Shown piece by piece: positions 26,673 through 35,366 of a stretch of DNA of 64,000 nucleotides. This DNA comes from Planctomycetota bacterium (lineage in GTDB: Bacteria > Planctomycetota > UBA1135 > UBA2386): contig BJHM01000001.1 of assembly GCA_014192625.1 (NCBI GenBank), forward strand, positions 187,725-251,724. Direction: 5' to 3'. Position 1 is the first letter of the stretch. The number at the start of each line of letters is the position of its first letter. A model generated the notes under the pieces. It did not search any database and was not told where the DNA came from. It saw nothing but the letters and a program-made list of their open reading frames with translations. Position numbers and translations under genes: made by a program.

Positions 26673-27884
26673 TTGACTGTCGCGGACGAGCCATTTGCGT
26701 TGCTGCAGCAGTGCCAAAGGGGTGAGCCCGTGGCGTTGCTCGCAAGTTGCGGACGTGGTCCTTCTCGATTGCTTACCGCGCCAATCGCTGCGCTGACGCT
26801 GCCGGCCGACAGTTGGCATGGCGCATTTGCGCTGCTCGATCAGTTCTTGTCGAAGCATAAGGATCGCATCTGTGCTGGCTGGCTCGGCTACGACCTCGGG
26901 CTCGATGTCGAAGCGTGGCCGAGGTCCTTGCAGGGTGATTTTGGCGCGCCGATCCTGCACGTCGCCGCATACCGCACGGTGCGCGAGTTTGCACAAGCGC
27001 CGGTGCCGATCGCACCATGCGTGCCCGCGGCGCGTTCGCTCGTCGCTCACACCACGCAAAGCGATTACGAGCGTCGCGTTGCCGAAGTGGTGGAACGCAT
27101 CTGTGCGGGCGACATCTTTCAGGCGAACCTCACGCAACCGTTCACGGCTTCGTGGCAAGGCGATCCGCGGCAACTTTTCTGGCGGCTGTGTGAGCAGAGC
27201 CCGGCGCCGTTTGCGGCCTACGTCGAAGATGGTCAGGGCACCGCGGTGTTGAGCAGTTCGCCGGAAGAGTTTTTGTGGCGCTCGGCTGACGTGGTTCGCA
27301 CGCGGCCGATCAAGGGCACGCGACCGCGCAGCGAGGACCGAACAGCCGACGCGGCGTTGTTGCGCGAGTTGCTGACGAGCGAGAAGGACCAGGCTGAGCT
27401 GTTGATGATCGTCGACTTGCTGCGCAATGACCTTGGCAAAGTGGCAACCACTGGCAGCGTCTTGGTGGGGACGTTTCCAGAGCACGACACCTTTGCGCAA
27501 GTGCACCACATGCACGCGACGGTGTCGGCGCGAGTGCCATTTGCGCTCTCAAACGTCGACTTGCTGCGCGCGACATTTCCTGGCGGGTCGATCACCGGTT
27601 GCCCAAAGCTTGCTGCCATGGAGCTCATTGAAGAGCTCGAATTGGTGCGGCGCGGGGTCTACACCGGAGCGATCGGCACGTTTGGTCCGGGACAGTCGCT
27701 CCATCTCAACATTGCAATCCGGACGCTCGTGCATCGCGGCAATCAGTTGCGTGGCAACGCTGGCGGTGGCGTGACGGCGCTCAGTGATCCAAGGAGTGAG
27801 TGGGAGGAGACCTTGCACAAGATGGCCGGTCTTGAACGGGCTTTGCAATGCCGCGTGACTGCGCCTCGCGAGGTGCGCGAATGA
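26673..27884 (+). CDS. pabB: aminodeoxychorismate synthase component I (chorismate-binding enzyme)
   Basis: Chorismate-binding blocks SSSPEEF, PIKGTRPR, EKDQAELLMIVDL, GGSITGCPK and GAIG. ATGA-coupled to a class-IV aminotransferase-like gene. TTG start. Confidence 0.75.
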   Translation: MTVADEPFALLQQCQRGEPVALLASCGRGPSRLLTAPIAALTLPADSWHGAFALLDQFLSKHKDRICAGWLGYDLGLDVEAWPRSLQGDFGAPILHVAAYRTVREFAQAPVPIAPCVPAARSLVAHTTQSDYERRVAEVVERICAGDIFQANLTQPFTASWQGDPRQLFWRLCEQSPAPFAAYVEDGQGTAVLSSSPEEFLWRSADVVRTRPIKGTRPRSEDRTADAALLRELLTSEKDQAELLMIVDLLRNDLGKVATTGSVLVGTFPEHDTFAQVHHMHATVSARVPFALSNVDLLRATFPGGSITGCPKLAAMELIEELELVRRGVYTGAIGTFGPGQSLHLNIAIRTLVHRGNQLRGNAGGGVTALSDPRSEWEETLHKMAGLERALQCRVTAPREVRE

Positions 27885-28639
27885 AGTGGTTTGACGGTGC
27901 TTTGATCGAAGATGACGTGGCGGTTGCGGCCGGAGTCATTTTTGCGCCGTTTGAGACGATGGGAGCCACCGGTTTTTTGCTGCCGCTTTGGTCGCTTCAT
28001 GAGGCGCGGCTGGTTGCTGCACTGCAACGCATCGGCCACTCGCTGCCGGTGCCAAGCGATTTGCTGGCGATTGCCGCCGACCTGCTTGCCCGCAATGGGC
28101 ATCGAGATGGTGTCGTGCGGCTCTCGTGGTGTTCGCTGCGTGTGACTGGCGGCTGGCTTTTGACGACGCGCACGCGTTCGTTGCAGAACAGCGTGTCGTT
28201 ACTGCCCTGTGTCGTGCGCCGCCCGCCCGCTGTACCGTCACCGGACATCAAATGTTCGCCGCGCACGGCCTACGACGCGGTGCTTTTAGAAGCGCGCGCT
28301 GGCGGTGCCGACGATGGCATCGTGCTCGGCAACGATGGCGCGTTGTTGGAAACCGCGCAGGGCAACCTCTGGTTGCTGCTCGATGGCAGCTGGGTGACAC
28401 CGCCGCTCGATGGCCGCGTGTTGCCCGGTATAGCGCGCGGGATCATGCTCGAACGCGCTCTGTCGCATGGACTCCCCGTCGCTGCGCGCGCCTGCGACCT
28501 CAGCGATCTGCATCGTGCGAAGGCGATGATAGTTAGCAATGCCGTGTATGGCCCGCGCGCGGCTCACTTGCCCGGTGCAGATGTCGTAAAACTCGACATT
28601 CGCTTCGCTGCTTTGTGGCGCGCTGCAGTCTCGCATTGA
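27881..28639 (+). CDS. pabC: aminodeoxychorismate lyase-like (class IV aminotransferase fold)
   Basis: Trimmed to ATG 27881 (ATGA overlap with the pabB stop). FETMG, NLWLL..G.W.TPP...VLPGIAR and a C-terminal SNAV block. Confidence 0.6.
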   Translation: MKWFDGALIEDDVAVAAGVIFAPFETMGATGFLLPLWSLHEARLVAALQRIGHSLPVPSDLLAIAADLLARNGHRDGVVRLSWCSLRVTGGWLLTTRTRSLQNSVSLLPCVVRRPPAVPSPDIKCSPRTAYDAVLLEARAGGADDGIVLGNDGALLETAQGNLWLLLDGSWVTPPLDGRVLPGIARGIMLERALSHGLPVAARACDLSDLHRAKAMIVSNAVYGPRAAHLPGADVVKLDIRFAALWRAAVSH

Positions 28640-28672
28640 AGTTGCAAGCCGTCGAAGGTCGATGCGACCGGC

Positions 28673-29215
28673 ATGATGACGCCACACTATCCTGTGTCCC
28701 AAGCTACTCCGACGGTGCGAGAACCACGGGCGTTTACGCGCCTCGCACCATTGATCATCACTGCCGAGTTGCCCGAACTCGACCTTCTTGGCCGAGCACT
28801 GCTCGCCGCCAAGGCGGCGGATGACATCCCGATGCTGGTGCGCGCGCTAGTGGATCACACCATCGCGCTGCAAAATCGTCGTGGACTTGAGACTGGCAAC
28901 CGCCAGCCCATCCTAGTCTCGGTGCTCAATCGCCGCCGTCGTGCGGCACGCACGTGGCTGCTCGCCGTTGTGAATGGCGAGATCGAACGCACGACCCTTT
29001 ACGCGGTAGCACACCAGTGGCTGCCGACGCTGGCCGGCAATGTCGACGATCCGGCAGAGTTGCGTCGTCAGGCGGCGTCCTGCATCGAGTTCGTGCGCGG
29101 TGCCATCACCGGGCTGATTTTCGATGCGCCGGCCGATAACTTGCTTGGTCATGCCCGCGCGCTGCATGTTCTGGAAATCGTGCTCGGCCTGCATCTGGCC
29201 GCTGTGGCCGGGTAG
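28673..29215 (+). CDS. hypothetical protein (all-helical; faint protoglobin/globin-sensor-like pattern)
   Basis: 180 aa ORF with coding-like GC3. I could not confirm any motif. Confidence 0.4.
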   Translation: MMTPHYPVSQATPTVREPRAFTRLAPLIITAELPELDLLGRALLAAKAADDIPMLVRALVDHTIALQNRRGLETGNRQPILVSVLNRRRRAARTWLLAVVNGEIERTTLYAVAHQWLPTLAGNVDDPAELRRQAASCIEFVRGAITGLIFDAPADNLLGHARALHVLEIVLGLHLAAVAG

Positions 29216-29415
29216 CCAGATCGCTGGCGCGCAGCAATGCGGGCGATAAATGCCGCAGTGCGGGTGGGCTGTCACCTAGGCAAAGCCTGTTTGCTGCATG
29301 GCCACCTTTCGCCCCAAGGATTGCTTGCGCGAAGTGGATCGCCAAGGCCTAGCTCGTGCTCGGCAAAAACCGCTTGCACGCATCTGCGAGCTTTCCTATG
29401 GTCCCCGCCCCTCGT

Positions 29416-29492
29416 GCGCCCGTAGCTCAATTGGATAGAGCTCCAGACTACGGATCTGGAGGTTAGAGGTTCAACTCCTCTCGGGCGTACCA
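29416..29492 (+). tRNA. tRNA-Arg (anticodon ACG)
   Basis: Folded by hand. Acceptor GCGCCCG/CGGGCGT (G1-U72), D arm GCTC-AATTGGATA-GAGC, anticodon stem CCAGA/TCTGG with loop CTACGGA, T arm AGAGG-TTCAACT-CCTCT, discriminator A, encoded CCA. Confidence 0.95.
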
Positions 29493-29668
29493 GTTTGCTC
29501 ATTCCTTTGACGTGGCCCGCATTGACGCGGCGCGCAGCGTCGCTTGCACGAAGGCCCGCGCCACGCGGTTCGGAACTAAGCTTTGGGCGTGGTGGCAGGC
29601 TTTTTAGCGGCCATCAGAGTTGCTGTGTAACTGGCAACGGGGCTGCGCCAATACCCTGCGCCGCTGGG

Positions 29669-31783
29669 TTACTTCGCGGCCGCAGCAGCAGTCGCAGCCC
29701 ATCGCACCGTATCCCATTCGCTCAACCGGTCGATGTAGCCATCGCTCGGGGCCTTTTGTGTGGCGCGAATGCGAGCCTGAATCGTCGCTGCCCGTTCTGC
29801 CACGCTCTGCTCGCCACGCGCGAGTGCCGCTACTCGCGCAATCTCGACAGCACCGATGGCCCATTCGTTGAAACCGGTGCCATACGACCAGAGCACAAAG
29901 TCCGGGTCGTTGAGCTGGGCGTCAGTCAGCGGGGTGCCTTCAAGCCAGCGGATCGCGGTGGCGACGATGCACTCCTTGTCGTCGAGTTTCCAACCATAGC
30001 GAACGGAGTTGAGCGCGAGTTCTTCGGCTAGCAGCCGTGCGTGTTCGTTGCCGGTGATCCGATACGCAGCGCCGAGGCCAACCGCGGCGATCGCATCCTG
30101 CCAAGGCGTCCAATACTTGGTGGCCCCTTTCAACATGCGCGCATCGGGATCCTGCACCGCCATCGGTCGTACTTTGTCGGGGCCGAGCGTCGTGCCAGTC
30201 CATTCCTTCGCATAGACCTGGTCGATGCGCTCGTTCATGCGTTGCAATAGCTCGATGGAGCCGGTTGCTAAATACATCCACGTTGCCGATTGCTCGGTGC
30301 GACCAATGCCGCGCGGTGCCCCAGCAAACGAGGTTGATAGATTGCGGCCGATCGTCTGGCCGGCAAGGTAGAGCTGAATGTCATTCTGTAGTTCGTGCCG
30401 CGCCCAATACGCGCCGGTCAACTGAGCGTATGCGCCAAGCGTATTGGTGCTCCAATGTTCGCGGTCTTTGCCGCTCCAGCCATGCGCTTCAAAGGATGGC
30501 TCAGGCACTGGCTTGCTGAGCCGGTCGCGCGAGACCTCGGGATGCCAATGCGTGCGGCCGGACCACACAACCCACTCGGGGCGGTCGGCGGCGTGAAGGG
30601 GCGCGCCGGTCGCCGTGAACATGTGCACTGGACGACACGCCTCCTGCAGTGCGATGGACTCAAACTCGAGCAGCATGCTCGGGATGCCGCTCGTCGCTAT
30701 GATCGACAACTTTACGACCCCGAAGTCTTCTTGATCACCGGTCTGGCCGGCACCCTTGGCCATGCCGAGCATGCTGCTGCCGAACGGGTCACCCAAGTTG
30801 CGTTCGTCTTGCGCAAACGCCGCGTGTCGTTGTGCGAGCATTTGCCGGAGGCCTGCGTTTTGCAGCCACGGCGGCATGGCGGCTGGTTCGCCATACGCAG
30901 AGAACGCGCCGGTGCCCTGCCACGAGGTGGCAGCGAGCAAGGGGCAAAACATTGCCGCCTTGACGCTTTGGTCGTCCGCTTTATTGCCGGTCATCTGCGG
31001 CAGGAGCGCACCGCAGCGGCGAATGCCTTGGCCGTCGCCGAGGACCGTGTCATGCAGCAGCACGACGCGGCTGCCGGTTTTGGATGTGGCCTGCAAAACG
31101 CCAGTGCGATTGGCGTGGCGCAGCAACAATGCGGCGCCGTCCGCCTCGATCGCGAGTTCTATGATCTTGCACTCCACTGCTGGCGAGGCCGTGTCGCTAA
31201 AAAACACCGCAACGTCCACGTAGGCATGCTTGTCGAGGCGACCCTGGTGCACGATCAGTTCTGCCACGAGGCCGGTGGTGCCGAGGCGCGCGCGGCGCAG
31301 TTCGACCACGCGCATGGCGTTCTCTTCAAGTCGTTCGACAGCCGGCAACTCGCCGCGAAAATCGCCCGCGCCGGTGCGCGCGACAAACTCGAGCTTTGCA
31401 GTTGGCAGCGTGATCGGCTCACTGCCGGGCGGCGGTCCGGCACCGGCTGCTAGGTCGAGCACGACTTCGCCAAGTGCGGGCACCTCGGCGGTAAACAGGC
31501 ACAAGGCTTGGCGCAGCGATCCGTCGGGCCACCGTGCGCCGAATGGCTGCCATGCAGTGGCTCTGTCCCGCACGTGCAAATCGGGGATCGTGGGCACGGT
31601 TCCGCGCAGAAACGGCACGACCACGGTGACGACTTCGCGCCGTGGTATTGGGACGAGGTTCTGCACCGTGATTTTTTGCGCGGTGGCAGTGGCCAAGGTC
31701 AGTAGCAAAACGGCAGCGGGAGTGTGGACAGTCAAAGCGAGGCCCCTAAGTGCGCCGTGTTCGCCGGCGCGCGCGCAGATCAT
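29669..31783 (-). CDS. large secreted protein of unknown function
   Basis: ORF 29669..31969 trimmed to ATG 31783 so that it does not overlap the divergent gene. Hydrophobic signal-like segment AAVLLLTLATATAQ. No named domain recognised. Confidence 0.55.
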   Translation of the reverse strand: MICARAGEHGALRGLALTVHTPAAVLLLTLATATAQKITVQNLVPIPRREVVTVVVPFLRGTVPTIPDLHVRDRATAWQPFGARWPDGSLRQALCLFTAEVPALGEVVLDLAAGAGPPPGSEPITLPTAKLEFVARTGAGDFRGELPAVERLEENAMRVVELRRARLGTTGLVAELIVHQGRLDKHAYVDVAVFFSDTASPAVECKIIELAIEADGAALLLRHANRTGVLQATSKTGSRVVLLHDTVLGDGQGIRRCGALLPQMTGNKADDQSVKAAMFCPLLAATSWQGTGAFSAYGEPAAMPPWLQNAGLRQMLAQRHAAFAQDERNLGDPFGSSMLGMAKGAGQTGDQEDFGVVKLSIIATSGIPSMLLEFESIALQEACRPVHMFTATGAPLHAADRPEWVVWSGRTHWHPEVSRDRLSKPVPEPSFEAHGWSGKDREHWSTNTLGAYAQLTGAYWARHELQNDIQLYLAGQTIGRNLSTSFAGAPRGIGRTEQSATWMYLATGSIELLQRMNERIDQVYAKEWTGTTLGPDKVRPMAVQDPDARMLKGATKYWTPWQDAIAAVGLGAAYRITGNEHARLLAEELALNSVRYGWKLDDKECIVATAIRWLEGTPLTDAQLNDPDFVLWSYGTGFNEWAIGAVEIARVAALARGEQSVAERAATIQARIRATQKAPSDGYIDRLSEWDTVRWAATAAAAAK

Positions 31784-31871
31784 GGCCCGGCACGGAGTGG
31801 ACGGGAAGCATCGCCGTGCAACTGCGGCGCGCGGCCCTGTTCGGTAGCGCGCTGTGCGGTAGATTCCCGCT

Positions 31872-34160
31872 ATGCACCGCTGGTCCATCACCGCTCTAGC
31901 TTGCGCCGTATTTTTTGCCTCACTCAGTGCGCAAAGCACCGATCCTGCAGAGCTATTCAAGAAGGCCAACGAACAAGCGGTTTTCTTGATGAAGGCTCGA
32001 GCGCAGGGCCTTGCTGAGCAAAAGCAGTTTGCGCGCGCCCTTGCTTTGCGCCGCGAATTGGTCGGCGAGCTAGCGTCGGGCGACGCGCAGACAATGACCG
32101 AACTTGGCTTCGTGATGGATGCGAGTGGCTTTCATCGTGATGCCAATAAGCTCGTGTTTGACAAGGACATCAAGGGCGACCTGAAGGCGATCAAAAAGCT
32201 CGATCAGGATTGGGAGAAGGCGCAGAAGGAACTGGCGAAGGCATATGAAAAGGCGGCGGAGGCGTTGTCGGCTGCGGGGCAACCGGAGCAGGCAATGCTC
32301 GCATGGCAGCGTCTGGCGCGTTTTCGTCCGGGTGACGCGAAGGCGGCGGTCGCAATGCAGTTGCTTGGCTTCGATGGCATAACGGGTACGGCGGATGATC
32401 TGAACCTGTTGCGCAGGAGCCGGGCGATCCGGCTTGCGGTCGAGTATCTCACAGCGCGCACAGTGCCGATCCAGCCGATCAAAGGGCGGCAACATCCGGT
32501 GCTAGAAAAAGCCAAGGTTGCGGCGCAGGGCTTTGCCACCGAGCACTTCGAGTTTTGGGGCACGATTCCGGCCGACAAGCTGCAGCTTGCGGCACAGTGG
32601 GCGGAGCGCAGTCTGCTGCTCAGTCGCACCCTCATGCCCATTGCAGAGGGTCAGCTGTGGTCGCCGCGCAGTGTCCGTTCGTATTGCTGGGTCGATGACC
32701 GCGCAACCTATCAACAGATCGTCACCGCACATGCCTCGCAGCTTGGTGCGAAAGAGCGGCTGCGTTTTCTGTGCGATGATGTGGAGCTTTGCTTTCTTCA
32801 GGTCGGCAGCAGCGAATGTCGTTTGTTGTTGAACAAGTCAAAGGCGGATGACGAGCTGCTCGACCAGACTGTGCGCGGCGTTTTGCAGGACGCGCTCCAG
32901 CTGACGGCCGATGGACTTTGGGAGGGAGTCGGTCACGCCATCTGCGGGATGTGCTTTGGCAAGACGCTGACGTTTTTCATTGAGCAAGCTAAGGGCCGCA
33001 CGGTGACCAGTTGGCAAGCGCGGCCGTTGATGCCGGATATCAAGGTTTGGATGGAGATCGCGACGGAGTCTGCCTGGGCAAAAAGCGATTCACCAACTTC
33101 GCGGATCGCTGTGCTGTCGGGTGCCAAGTTTACTAATGAGGAGCGCGTCAAAGCCTGGGCGATCTGCGACTACTTGTTTCGTGTAAGACCGGACCTGCTG
33201 GTGGAATTGGCGGCGAGCCGCCTCCAGGGCAACACCGATCCGGTTGCCGTTGAGGCCGAGTTTCGGCGGCGCACGCGAATAGATCTGAAGCAAATCGATC
33301 AGGATTGGCGCAAGTACTGGGGCAACGGTGGCGCTTTGCGAGTCGCGGCCGCAGCACCATTGCGCGGCAGCAAGGACGAGGTGGCAGCGGCCAAGGCGAT
33401 TGCGATTGCGATCAACGATGCGCGCGCCACCGCACTGCGCGGGCCGATCGGTTACTACGTGCCGGCCACTGCCGCAGTGAAGGTCGCGTTGACCTTTGCA
33501 GAGGCGCTAGCTCAGGCGCAGAAGCAAGCGCAGCAGGTGCCAAAGGTCGAGGTTGTTGCGCCTCCAGAGCCTGAGTGTGTTGGCCGCACGGTGTTACTGC
33601 ACCTCGGCGCGGATCCGGCGGCCGCCGTCGCCGAATGGTTGATTGCCATAGGCGCACGCGACGCGCTGCTGCATCCGGGGCGAATCCTGATCGGCGCCAG
33701 CATGTCAAAGTTGGCGATTGTGCTCGACCTGGCAGAGCCTGCGACGCGGCCGACGACTGGACTGCCGGTGGCTTGGCCGCGGCATCTGCAGAGCTCGGTG
33801 CCCGCAGCTTGCCGCGTGCAGCAACTGCCGCAGTGGCTGCAGGAGCAGCTGCTCGCGCACGGCAAGCAGCCCGCTGATTTGGTTGGTATGCCGCTGTCGC
33901 TGCACTTTGCGCGCGAGCTGCTGCCGACCGAGATTCCCGCCGTCACTTGCAGGCTCGTTTCCGACCACGGCGAACTGGCAGGCGTGTTCGCTTGCGCCCA
34001 GCGCGACGGCAGGCCGAGCGACGTTGCACTCGGTTGCTTCGTGTTCGTACCACTCGAGCCGCTGCCGAAGAACCGCGAGCTATCGGTCGAATGGACAGTT
34101 CCGCCTTCGCTGTTGACGAAGCGCGAGAAGTTTGCGCCGATCTCTTTTGCGCTGCAGTGA
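31872..34160 (+). CDS. large secreted protein of unknown function
   Basis: 762 aa with signal peptide MHRWSITALACAVFFASLSAQS. Helical N-terminal third. No named domain recognised. Confidence 0.6.
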   Translation: MHRWSITALACAVFFASLSAQSTDPAELFKKANEQAVFLMKARAQGLAEQKQFARALALRRELVGELASGDAQTMTELGFVMDASGFHRDANKLVFDKDIKGDLKAIKKLDQDWEKAQKELAKAYEKAAEALSAAGQPEQAMLAWQRLARFRPGDAKAAVAMQLLGFDGITGTADDLNLLRRSRAIRLAVEYLTARTVPIQPIKGRQHPVLEKAKVAAQGFATEHFEFWGTIPADKLQLAAQWAERSLLLSRTLMPIAEGQLWSPRSVRSYCWVDDRATYQQIVTAHASQLGAKERLRFLCDDVELCFLQVGSSECRLLLNKSKADDELLDQTVRGVLQDALQLTADGLWEGVGHAICGMCFGKTLTFFIEQAKGRTVTSWQARPLMPDIKVWMEIATESAWAKSDSPTSRIAVLSGAKFTNEERVKAWAICDYLFRVRPDLLVELAASRLQGNTDPVAVEAEFRRRTRIDLKQIDQDWRKYWGNGGALRVAAAAPLRGSKDEVAAAKAIAIAINDARATALRGPIGYYVPATAAVKVALTFAEALAQAQKQAQQVPKVEVVAPPEPECVGRTVLLHLGADPAAAVAEWLIAIGARDALLHPGRILIGASMSKLAIVLDLAEPATRPTTGLPVAWPRHLQSSVPAACRVQQLPQWLQEQLLAHGKQPADLVGMPLSLHFARELLPTEIPAVTCRLVSDHGELAGVFACAQRDGRPSDVALGCFVFVPLEPLPKNRELSVEWTVPPSLLTKREKFAPISFALQ

Positions 34161-34173
34161 GGGCCGTTTTGCT

Positions 34174-35166
34174 ATGCACACAATCCACTTGATCGGGCCG
34201 GGTCATGTTGGCCGCGAGTTCTTGGCGCTGCTGTCACAGTCGCAGTTGCAGGCGCATTTGCAGATGCGGCTTTTGGCAGTCAGTGATCGTTTGGGCGTGC
34301 TGTGCGATGAGCGTGGCCTCGATCCGGCGGCAGTGGCAGTAGTCAAAGCCGCCGGCCGGCCGCTCTGTGATTTGGGAGCGGTCGATGCGGGTGCTGCTGA
34401 GTTTGCGGTTGCTCGGATCCGCGCAGACGTGGTGGTCGATGCAACAGATTCAACCAAGACCGGCACAGATGCCGCGATTGCGCGCGGTCATGCAGCATTG
34501 CAGATTGGCGCGTATCTTGCCTTGAGCGGCAAGAATGCGCTCGCCGCCGCCGCCCCTGCCTGGTTGCTCGGCGTGCACCGTGGCCGGGTCGGTGTGAACG
34601 CGGTGCTTGGTGGTGCTGGGGCACAACTCGTAGACGAACTCGATGAGCTGCGCGCTGGCTGCGAGCGCGTAATGCTGAACGGCAATGTTACGACGGGGGT
34701 GATTGTGCAGGCGATTGAGCGCGGCGCTTCGGTCGAGCAGGGCATCGCACATGCGGCCTCGCTTGGTCTGTTGGAGACGGACCCGACGCTTGACTTCGAT
34801 GGCAGTGATGCCGCGGTCAAGTTGCTGGCGGTCGCCGGTGCGGTGTTTGGTGACGCGCTGCGGCCAGCCCCTTCGTTGGCCAGTGTACAGCGCGAAGATG
34901 TGCGCACGCTGGATGCGAAATTGCTGCGTGACCGTGTGCGTCGTGGCGCAACGACGCGCCTGATCGCGCGTGCAGATCGTGCTGGGCTAAACAGCGTCCG
35001 CTTTGAAGAAATCGTGTCGTCATCGCCGTTATTGGTGCCAGCAGATTGTGTTGCCTATGGCTATGAGATTGCTGGTCAGTTGCGCGTGCACCTAGGCCAT
35101 GGCGTTGGGTATCGCTGCACTGCGGCTGCGCTGATGAGTGACGTGATTGCGTTTGTGCTTCGCTGA
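34174..35166 (+). CDS. homoserine dehydrogenase-family oxidoreductase (no ACT domain)
   Basis: Trimmed to ATG 34174. N-terminal Rossmann motif IHLIGPGHVGREF. A catalytic-domain-like block (AASLGLLETDPTLDFDGSDAAVKLLAVAG) resembles the HSDH pattern G.AE.DP..D..G.D.A.K. Confidence 0.55.
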   Translation: MHTIHLIGPGHVGREFLALLSQSQLQAHLQMRLLAVSDRLGVLCDERGLDPAAVAVVKAAGRPLCDLGAVDAGAAEFAVARIRADVVVDATDSTKTGTDAAIARGHAALQIGAYLALSGKNALAAAAPAWLLGVHRGRVGVNAVLGGAGAQLVDELDELRAGCERVMLNGNVTTGVIVQAIERGASVEQGIAHAASLGLLETDPTLDFDGSDAAVKLLAVAGAVFGDALRPAPSLASVQREDVRTLDAKLLRDRVRRGATTRLIARADRAGLNSVRFEEIVSSSPLLVPADCVAYGYEIAGQLRVHLGHGVGYRCTAAALMSDVIAFVLR

Positions 35167-35366
35167 GTAAGCGGGGTTCCTTTGGGGCGCTGCGTGCGGG
35201 CATTTGCGGTGTCCTAAGGGGTTCTCCTTGCGGGTTCCCTGCCGCATAACCCCAACGGTTCGGGGGCTGCTCGCCGGTGGCGGCAAAGCCATCGCCAGCA
35301 GCTTGCCATAGTCTGCAACGCTGTTCGATCCGGTCGCCGTCATGGCTATGCTGCGCGCAACGCCGC

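Noticed and set aside
29416-31783. A genomic island integrated at tRNA-Arg (and likewise at tRNA-Thr)
   Set aside because: I saw no integrase or recombinase gene and no downstream direct repeat of the tRNA 3' end. The idea survives only as a weak possibility for the tRNA-Thr flanking repeats, which are reported separately.
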